Origin: an uncultured Clostridia bacterium
GTDB taxonomy: Bacteria > Bacillota > Clostridia > Oscillospirales > Acutalibacteraceae
DNA: 7,273 nucleotides
Direction of reading: 5' to 3'
Assembly: GCA_937888485.1 (NCBI GenBank)
Contig: CALAQQ010000068.1
Location: 1 to 7,273 of the forward strand
In this document: positions 1-4,412 of the stretch, piece by piece
Numbering within the stretch: position 1 is the first letter of the stretch
How the letters are laid out: each line of letters starts with the position of its first letter
The notes under the pieces: model-generated
Told to the model about the DNA's origin: nothing
Seen by the model: only the letters and a program-made list of their open reading frames with translations
Database searches by the model: none
Position numbers and translations under genes: made by a program

Positions 1-289
1 CCGTAATACTGCCGACAATTATGAGACGGAGCTTATTATCCTTTACGGTCTCAATTATTTCGCAAAGTTGCTTTGTGCTTCGGGCAAGTCTCGAAACTTC
101 AAGGGTGTATATTGTGTCTCCTGCCTGAGCCTGTTCCAAGAGGGTTGAAAGCTCCTGCTTCACAGCACTGTCGCCGTGTTCGTATTCGAGAAATATTTCC
201 TCTGCTCCCGCCTTTTTCAGTTCATTAACCTGACGAAAAATGTCTTGACGATTCTCATTAGTCGAGCAACGTGCATATCCGTAATTCAT
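1..289 (-). CDS. Serine recombinase (resolvase/invertase family), N-terminal catalytic domain; 3' part beyond the window
   Basis: My own translation of the minus strand from ATG 289..287 gives MNYGYARCSTNENRQDIFRQVNELKKAGAEEIFLEYEHGDSAVKQELSTLLEQAQAGDTIYTLEVSRLARSTKQLCEIIETVKDNKLRLIIVGSIT, with no stop before the window edge. It has the classic YAR(V/C)ST nucleophile motif (Ser9) and a D..(V)SRL.R motif. A GGAG RBS lies at 297-300 (complement). It is absent from the ORF track because it is open at the edge. Confidence 0.85.
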   Translation of the reverse strand, partial: MNYGYARCSTNENRQDIFRQVNELKKAGAEEIFLEYEHGDSAVKQELSTLLEQAQAGDTIYTLEVSRLARSTKQLCEIIETVKDNKLRLIIVGSIT

Positions 290-303
290 GATTTATCTCC
301 TTA

Positions 304-570
304 TCAATCAACAAAGGTGTTGTATGTGAATTTAGCTCCGAGCTTAAAGCCTGCAATAAAACTGTCTGCGTTGCTCACGCAAAGGAACTCACCCGACTGT
401 TTCAGATATGTGTCAAACAGTTCGTTTTCAGCATCCGTCAGTTTTGCGGCAAGTTGTTCCTCGGTCTTTGACAATGCGGCGAGCTTATTTCTGACCTTCA
501 CCCTCAGCTCCGTTGTGATTTCCTGCGGCTCGATGTTGCCGTAATAAAATTCTTCAATAAAGTTCGGCAT
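304..570 (-). CDS. Small hypothetical protein (88 aa), co-operonic with the serine recombinase
   Basis: This is the ORF-track 304..594 frame. I prefer ATG 570..568 (MPNFIEEFYYGNIEPQE...) because a GGAGAAAGG RBS precedes it, while the longer start lies inside the 586-609 hairpin. The stop is TGA. The gene ends 14 nt upstream of the recombinase ATG. Confidence 0.65.
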   Translation of the reverse strand: MPNFIEEFYYGNIEPQEITTELRVKVRNKLAALSKTEEQLAAKLTDAENELFDTYLKQSGEFLCVSNADSFIAGFKLGAKFTYNTFVD

Positions 571-585
571 CTTATTGTCCTTTCT

Positions 586-609
586 CCGCCCCACTGTTGC
601 GTGGGGCGG
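586..609 (-). other. Intercistronic GC-rich stem-loop (9-bp stem, 6-nt loop)
   Basis: CCGCCCCAC (586-594) pairs perfectly with GTGGGGCGG (601-609). It lies between the stop of 621..896 and the RBS of 304..570. No U-tract follows on the minus strand, so it is more likely an mRNA processing, stability or attenuation element than a full terminator. Confidence 0.45.
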
Positions 610-620
610 ATTGCGTATTC

Positions 621-896
621 TTAGCAGATTGAGAAGCGGCGGCTTGAAACCTGCTTTGTGAACTCCTTATACATATCGGCGTGCATCTTCTTGAAAGATG
701 TTGTATCGAATCTCTGTGAAAGAACCGATGTCCAACGGATGATATAAGCTCCTGCTTCAAGTTCCTCGGTGTTCTGTTCAAGCATTTCAGCTTTGAGCAT
801 ATCTCTGATTGCTTCAGCCTCAGCCTTTGCATCCTCGATGATTGTTTCCCACTCTGCGAGAGCCTCGATTTTCTTGATGATTTCGTTGTTTGACAT
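621..896 (-). CDS. Small hypothetical protein (91 aa), acidic helical N-terminus; first gene of the recombinase operon
   Basis: ORF-track frame MSNNEIIKKIEALAEWETIIEDAKAEAEAIRDMLKAEM... An AGGAGA RBS lies 8 nt upstream of ATG 896..894. The stop is TAA. Confidence 0.65.
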   Translation of the reverse strand: MSNNEIIKKIEALAEWETIIEDAKAEAEAIRDMLKAEMLEQNTEELEAGAYIIRWTSVLSQRFDTTSFKKMHADMYKEFTKQVSSRRFSIC

Positions 897-953
897 GATT
901 GATTTCTCCTTTGTTGTGTTGTTTTGATGTGTGGTTGTTTATCAACTGTACTC

Positions 954-982
954 ATTATACTACGAAATTCGTAGTTTGTCAA
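954..982 (-). promoter_or_regulatory. Consensus sigma-70/SigA-type promoter for the leftward operon (621..896, 304..570, serine recombinase)
   Basis: On the minus strand: TTGACA (982..977), a 17-nt spacer, then TATAAT (959..954). The spacer is filled by the palindrome ACTACGAA-A-TTCGTAGT (959-975). Confidence 0.65.
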
Positions 983-1057
983 TACGTTTTTCGTAATTTC
1001 TTTACGATTTTCGAAATATTTTTTCGTTTTGCGTATTGAAATGCTACGAAATCCGTG
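961..1057. promoter_or_regulatory. Array of five phased operator-like sites, consensus TACG-N5-CGTA
   Basis: The sites are 961-973 TACGAAATTCGTA, 983-995 TACGTTTTTCGTA, 1003-1015 TACGATTTTCGAA, 1023-1035 TTCGTTTTGCGTA and 1045-1057 TACGAAATCCGTG. Start-to-start spacing is 22, 20, 20 and 22 bp, about two helical turns. The outer sites lie in the spacers of the two divergent promoters. The next pair abut the -35 boxes. Confidence 0.6.
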
Positions 1058-1064
1058 TTATACT
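1036..1064 (+). promoter_or_regulatory. Promoter for the XRE regulator gene (extended -10)
   Basis: TTGAAA (1036-1041), a 17-nt spacer, then TGtTATACT (-10 at 1059-1064, TG at 1056-1057). Operator-like site 1045-1057 lies in the spacer. An AAGGAG RBS at 1075-1080 lies 9 nt before ATG 1090. Confidence 0.6.
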
Positions 1065-1089
1065 ATCCAAAAGTAAGGAGTGATTATCA

Positions 1090-1305
1090 ATGATTAAGTT
1101 TAAAGTTAAAGTCAGACTTGCAGAATGCAATATGACACAAAAAGAATTAGCAGAAAAAACAGGCATCAGACCGCCGACAGTGTCCGCAATTTGCGTGGGA
1201 ACAGTAAAGCATTTGCCGATTGATGCACTTGACAAAATCTGCGAAGCTCTTGACTGTCAGCCTGCTGACCTCATGGAGTATGTAAACGAACCCGATGTTC
1301 AGTAA
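1090..1305 (+). CDS. XRE/Cro-CI family helix-turn-helix transcriptional regulator, YozG-like (71 aa)
   Basis: The sequence is MIKFKVKVRLAECNMTQKELAEKTGIRPPTVSAICVGTVKHLPIDALDKICEALDCQPADLMEY. It shows the typical HTH (MTQKELAEKTGI...TVS) and the C-terminal LDKIC.AL.C.P.DL motif of small YozG-type regulators. It has a strong RBS and a TAA stop. Confidence 0.9.
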   Translation: MIKFKVKVRLAECNMTQKELAEKTGIRPPTVSAICVGTVKHLPIDALDKICEALDCQPADLMEYVNEPDVQ

Positions 1306-1577
1306 AGGGGTACATTGATTTCTTGAACAAATATCGGTGTTTTTTGAGCGGATTACATCCGATTTTTACCGAGCTTAAAGTGTGCATGAAAGCATTTGTT
1401 TTTCTGAACAGGGGTCGGGGGTGTATTTCGGGAGAAAGAAAAATTTCTTCACCCTTTGCGAAAATGCGTGGCTCACTCTCCGTCTGAATGTGATTTTTAA
1501 TCCGAAACACGATTGTGCTGACCGCAAACGATAGAATTATATTTTCACCGTCAGGCGAACCAAAAGGAACATAAACG

Positions 1578-1624
1578 AAAAAATACGGCAAACCGTGAGA
1601 TTGTCTCTCTTGGTTTGCCGTATT
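1578..1624 (-). terminator. Rho-independent terminator ending the minus-strand RHH/Rep/GIY-YIG operon (may also act on the plus strand for the XRE gene)
   Basis: A 13-bp perfect stem pairs AATACGGCAAACC (1582-1594) with GGTTTGCCGTATT (1612-1624). On the minus strand TTTTTT follows it (A-run 1578-1583 on plus). The stem starts 1 nt after the TGA at 1626-1628. Confidence 0.8.
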
Positions 1625-1625
1625 A

Positions 1626-1757
1626 TCATTTCCACTCCTTGAACAACTCATCAAGAGCCATGTCAAGTGCGGTTTTCATACTCTTTTGCATGAAGGCAAG
1701 AATTTCTGCTTCAAGCACGTTCTTCTTCTTTTTTTTCTTATCTTTCTTGTTCGCCAA
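1626..1757 (-). CDS. Small lysine-rich hypothetical protein (43 aa, TTG start)
   Basis: My own translation gives (M)ANKKDKKKKKKNVLEAEILAFMQKSMKTALDMALDELFKEWK, then TGA. AAGGTG lies 7 nt upstream of TTG 1757..1755. The ORF ends directly at the terminator. It is too short for the ORF track. An internal ATG at Met23 is an alternative start. Confidence 0.4.
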   Translation of the reverse strand: MANKKDKKKKKKNVLEAEILAFMQKSMKTALDMALDELFKEWK

Positions 1758-1934
1758 TTATTTCACCTTGCTTTCAAAAACAAAAGTTATTTCATCGGCT
1801 TCGTCAGGTTCGTTCAGCGAATCAAAGATATTCTATATCTGTTCTGAATAATTCTCCATTGCGGACTTACCGTTTAACTGATAGTAAAATATATCAGGCA
1901 CTTTGCCTTGTTTTCTCCAAAACTCTAAATTCAT
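1758..1934 (-). CDS. Small hypothetical protein (58 codons) with an in-frame TAG at 1833-1835
   Basis: GGAAGGAGA RBS, then ATG 1934..1932: MNLEFWRKQGKVPDIFYYQLNGKSAMENYSEQI-TAG-NIFDSLNEPDEADEITFVFESKVK-TAA. The standard code gives only 33 aa. The frame stays open and protein-like after the TAG. Confidence 0.45.
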
Positions 1935-2362
1935 ATAATTTCTCCTTCCATAATCTAATCAAGGGATATATTCAATGCATCCCTGTTCATTTTGAATTTT
2001 CGCCAATCCTCCGCAGTCGGTATCTGACAGTTCAGCGGCGGCTGATACAAGCGGATAAAATATCCTTCTCTTTCTCCGATTTCTTCTTCGATTTCCGCTT
2101 TTGTTTTGCTCTTGGCGGTGTAAAGAACATGGAATCTGACGGAATAGTTCCGTCTGTTAGCTTCGGCAAGAACTTTATATTTATTCTCTTTTGGATTTCC
2201 CATTGAACACCAATGCTCCGCCATGCGATAAAGGATGTTATTGCTTTTACCGATATAAACGATTTTATTATTGACGGTGATTGAATACACCCCCGAACAC
2301 TAAAACTTTTTGCTCCATTCCTGTTGGATGTTTTTATTATAAATATTTTGAACACTATTCAT
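1931..2362 (-). CDS. GIY-YIG nuclease family protein with an in-frame TAG at 2300-2302 (the standard-code fragment is track ORF 1955..2290)
   Basis: AGGAGA RBS, then ATG 2362..2360: MNSVQNIYNKNIQQEWSKKF-TAG-CSGVYSITVNNKIVYIGKSNNILYRMAEH...EIGEREGYFIRLYQPPLN... The GVY...YIG motif, the conserved Arg and the Glu/Asn match GIY-YIG. The track ORF starts at a GTG that is really the V of GVY. The apparent stop is TAG at 1955-1957. If that TAG is read through, 8 more codons end at TGA 1933..1931, giving an ATGA overlap with the next ATG at 1934..1932. Confidence 0.75.
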
Positions 2363-2377
2363 GTTAATTCTCCTTTC

Positions 2378-2908
2378 TTAAAACACAAAGTCTCCGAGCT
2401 TATCTGAACACTCACTGACTTTTGGATTCTTTATATTATTGGGATTTATATTTTTCCCTATATTATTATGCGTATTATCAATAACCCCTGCAGAGGTACA
2501 TTCAAAATTCAAAGGGGTATTATCAATGTCGGCTGAGGGGGTATTTTCAATATCCGCCGCACTTTTGTAAATTGCATCATAATCAACTATGATTTCACCT
2601 TGCTGACCGTTCTGACTTGGCTTGTGGATTATCCAACCCTTTTCAATCAATGCTTTTCTTGCGTTTTTATATGTAGATTCTGACATTCCGCATCTGCTCA
2701 GAACGGTTGCCTCTGCAACAGCGAAACTGCCATTATCGGCGTTGCCTGTCAAAAACCACATAAGTTTGAGCTAAGCTCCTTCTTTGCCTGACAGACCGTT
2801 CATTATGATTGATTCAAGGTGATGTGTCCTGATTGCTTTTCCCCATTTATTATCCATATCTTTTTCCCCTTTAGACTTCAATATCGGTGCCTGATTGAAT
2901 ACGCCCAT
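2378..2908 (-). CDS. Winged-helix/HTH DNA-binding protein, replication-initiator-like, with an in-frame TAG at 2771-2773
   Basis: GGAGGA RBS (2923..2918), then ATG 2908..2906: MGVFNQAPILKSKGEKDMDNKWGKAIRTHHLESIIMNGLSGKEGA-TAG-LKLMWFLTGNADNGSFAVAEATVLSRCGMSESTYKNARKALIEKGWI... The stop is TAA at 2378-2380. The track ORF 2378..2761 is only the part after the TAG. The Rep-like call rests on the LS..(A)..L..L...N.....S...L....G.S..T...A...L...G.I pattern and is an inference. Confidence 0.6.
2472..2557. repeat. Iteron-like repeats inside the 3' half of the Rep-like gene
   Basis: GTATT(A/T)TCAAT occurs three times, at 2472-2482, 2517-2527 and 2541-2551. The last two sit in a 24-bp tandem unit, GGGGTATT[A/T]TCAAT[G/A]TC[G/C]GC, at 2514-2533 and 2538-2557. 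That unit encodes SADIENTP/SADIDNTP. A very AT-rich stretch at about 2425-2482 lies next to it and contains TATATTATT twice (2432-2440 and 2459-2467). Confidence 0.55.
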
Positions 2909-3050
2909 TGCCGCAAATCCTCCACTATTCACAAATAAATCTGATGTATTGACTTATGTTCATGTTATATTTTTCTGCCTGCTATTGGATTGATTCTTTT
3001 TCCCTTTCGGTCAGGCGAAGGTCAATCTTTTTATTCTTTATAGCTTTCAT
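2871..3050 (-). CDS. Ribbon-helix-helix protein (MobC/CopG-like) with in-frame TAGs at 2982-2984 and 2925-2927
   Basis: GGAGAG RBS, then ATG 3050..3048: MKAIKNKKIDLRLTEREKESIQ-TAG-QAEKYNMNISQYIRFICE-TAG-WRICGNGRIQSGTDIEV-TAA (2873..2871). The pattern (R)LT..E...I...A...(G/N).S.S.YIR is typical of RHH and MobC-type proteins, and the first TAG lies inside that motif. The standard code gives only 22 aa. The extended form overlaps the next gene start (2908) by 38 nt. Confidence 0.55.
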
Positions 3051-3119
3051 TTTTTCTCTCCTTTATCTTGTAAATTTTCTTTTTAATGATTTATCAGACT
3101 TTGTCCGACCTTCTATTAT

Positions 3120-3148
3120 ATTATATCAAAAATTTTTCTTAAAATCAA
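3120..3148 (-). promoter_or_regulatory. Promoter of the TAG-containing RHH/Rep/GIY-YIG operon (extended -10)
   Basis: On the minus strand: TTGATT (3148..3143), a 17-nt spacer, then TGaTATAAT (-10 at 3125..3120). A second overlapping TATAAT lies at 3120..3115. It sits just downstream of the terminator at 3165-3203. Confidence 0.6.
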
Positions 3149-3164
3149 AAAAGAGCGGTCGCCG

Positions 3165-3203
3165 CAAACAAAAACGCCGCTGAATCAATTAAGTTCAGCG
3201 GCG
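3165..3203 (-). terminator. Rho-independent terminator after the paralog pair
   Basis: A 10-bp stem pairs CGCCGCTGAA (3175-3184) with TTCAGCGGCG (3194-3203). On the minus strand TTTTTGTTTG follows it. A second small GC hairpin plus T-run follows at about 3150-3165. Confidence 0.75.
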
Positions 3204-3238
3204 GACTTGCTTTATTAAAATACATGGTTTTGTTCCTT

Positions 3239-3685
3239 TCAGGAAACTTTATCTTTCTTATCATATTTACTTTCGTCAGGGGGAGAAACAACCGTGAGAG
3301 TGGGTTTGAAATCAACCTCAAATTTAGGTGTTTCTTTATAATTTGGAAACTGTGAAATAAACCAATCAGAAACATACTTGTAGGGACTTTTCATCGGAGC
3401 GGACATTTTCTGAACCTTCTCAAACATAGCAATGAGTTCATCAGAATTGTTATAACATTCGATATGCTTTCTCATGTTTTTATATTTGAATCTCTTGTTC
3501 TCTCTTGGCTTTTTCTGTTCTCTGCCTGATTTGATGCTGACCTTAATGTTGGGGAAATCGTGCTTTATTGCCTGAACCATTGTGTATTCGGGAGAACCGT
3601 AAACTTCTGCGGCATCCCTGAACTTATAGTTCATAACAAGAGTGTTTGTTGTGTAGTCAATTCTATATCCGTTATTCTTTGCCAT
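3239..3685 (-). CDS. Hypothetical protein, paralog B of a tandem pair (148 aa)
   Basis: This is track ORF 3239..3694. I prefer ATG 3685 (MAKNNGYRIDYTT...), which is preceded by GAAAGGA. It shares YG(S/T)PEY, KY(K/E)NM, FEKV(Q/K)(K/R)MS and (S/N)PYKYV.DWF blocks with 3708..4148. The stop is TGA. Confidence 0.75.
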   Translation of the reverse strand: MAKNNGYRIDYTTNTLVMNYKFRDAAEVYGSPEYTMVQAIKHDFPNIKVSIKSGREQKKPRENKRFKYKNMRKHIECYNNSDELIAMFEKVQKMSAPMKSPYKYVSDWFISQFPNYKETPKFEVDFKPTLTVVSPPDESKYDKKDKVS

Positions 3686-3707
3686 TTTTATCAATTCCTT
3701 TCTTTAA

Positions 3708-4148
3708 TTACATGTTTGATGCCTTGTCAAGTTCGGTTATTTCTGCAGTTTTCTTTTTTTCAGCTCTCTGTTTTTCAACATTTTTGATAAATGTTTCGAA
3801 CGATTCATAACCTTCAAATTTCTTTTCAAACCAATCAAGAACATATTTATATGGGTTTTTCTGAACCTTAGACATTCTTTTTACCTTTTCGAATTCTGCT
3901 TTAAGAATATCCTTGTTTTCCTGCTCATCAATGAATGTTTCCATATTCTCATATTTGAGGTTTAAGGTTGTTTTCTTATTGGGATTCTTCTTGATTGTCT
4001 TAGTGGTCATTGTAAAATTAGGGTTTTCTGCTATAAACTCACGCCACTGTCTGTATTCGGGTGTTCCGTAGATTCTTGCCTTCTTTTCAAATGCCTTTGA
4101 TACCTGAGCCATGTTGTTGTCCATAATTTTGATTGTATTTTTTGTCAT
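3708..4148 (-). CDS. Hypothetical protein, paralog A of a tandem pair (146 aa)
   Basis: Track ORF MTKNTIKIMDNNMAQVSKAFEKKARIYGTPEYRQW... It is collinear with 3239..3685 through shared motif blocks. The stop is TAA. The RBS is weak. Confidence 0.75.
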   Translation of the reverse strand: MTKNTIKIMDNNMAQVSKAFEKKARIYGTPEYRQWREFIAENPNFTMTTKTIKKNPNKKTTLNLKYENMETFIDEQENKDILKAEFEKVKRMSKVQKNPYKYVLDWFEKKFEGYESFETFIKNVEKQRAEKKKTAEITELDKASNM

Positions 4149-4318
4149 TTTTAATTACCAACTTTCTTAAATTATTTTTTTAGTTTGAATTTTATTTGTT
4201 TTAGTTTTTGTGGGATTGATGATGTGTTGCTCTTGGCTTCGCTAAGTGAATGGTTGCCTGAACTGCTTCATGTTTGTTCGTTCCTTTCGTGTTGGTGTTG
4301 TTCATCTGTTGTGTCTAC

Positions 4319-4347
4319 ATTATAGCACCCACCAACACCCTACCCAA
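4319..4347 (-). promoter_or_regulatory. Promoter for the paralog-pair transcription unit (extended -10)
   Basis: On the minus strand: TTGGGT (4347..4342), a 17-nt spacer, then TGcTATAAT (-10 at 4324..4319). It lies just downstream of the integrase terminator. Confidence 0.5.
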
Positions 4348-4373
4348 GCACATAACTATTCCTCTGCTTTTGC

Positions 4374-4412
4374 AAAAAAAGAAAAAGAACAACTTTTTTT
4401 AGTTGTTCTTTT
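4374..4412 (-). terminator. Rho-independent terminator after the integrase gene
   Basis: A 10-bp stem pairs AAGAACAACT (4385-4394) with AGTTGTTCTT (4401-4410), with a T6 loop. On the minus strand TTTCTTTTTTT follows it (A-run 4374-4384 on plus). Confidence 0.8.

Noticed and set aside
572-982. 136-aa minus-strand ORF from the track
   Set aside because: It is an alternative frame overlapping the well-supported 621..896 gene and the promoter region. It is Ser/Arg/Gln-rich and low-complexity, with no RBS.
1271-1666. 131-aa minus-strand ORF from the track
   Set aside because: It starts inside the small terminal ORF, runs straight through the 13-bp terminator stem and overlaps the 3' end of the XRE gene. 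It has no RBS and no recognisable motifs. It is most likely a chance open frame.
1615-2355. Plus-strand ORFs 1615..1851 and 1859..2206, and minus-strand ORF 2032..2355
   Set aside because: They are antisense to, or out of frame with, the GIY-YIG gene and the small ORFs. Their composition is Phe/Ser/Leu-rich, typical of the reverse strand of AT-rich coding DNA. They lack RBS.
1626-3050. Alternative reading: the TAG-interrupted genes are simply pseudogenes of a decaying element
   Set aside because: This is not fully excluded, but I disfavour it. All six interruptions are TAG and none is TAA or TGA. There are no frameshifts in about 480 codons. RBS/start signals and the ATGA and RBS-overlap junctions are intact. 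Neighbouring genes (integrase, regulator, paralogs) are perfectly intact. Random decay should give mixed lesion types.
1626-3050. Pyrrolysine (UAG) decoding as the explanation
   Set aside because: Pyl usage is normally restricted to methylamine methyltransferase genes in organisms carrying the pyl cluster. Nothing of that kind is in the window, and the affected genes are mobile-element replication or nuclease genes.
2956-3787. ORFs 2956..3183(+), 3145..3375(-) and 3560..3787(+), including a 26-aa ORF (MYFNKASPPLNLIDSAAFLFAATALF) with an RBS-like AAGGAA just after the stop of paralog B
   Set aside because: They overlap the RHH gene, the promoter, the terminator or the paralog genes in the wrong frame or strand. 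The 26-aa ORF is essentially the translation of the terminator hairpin.
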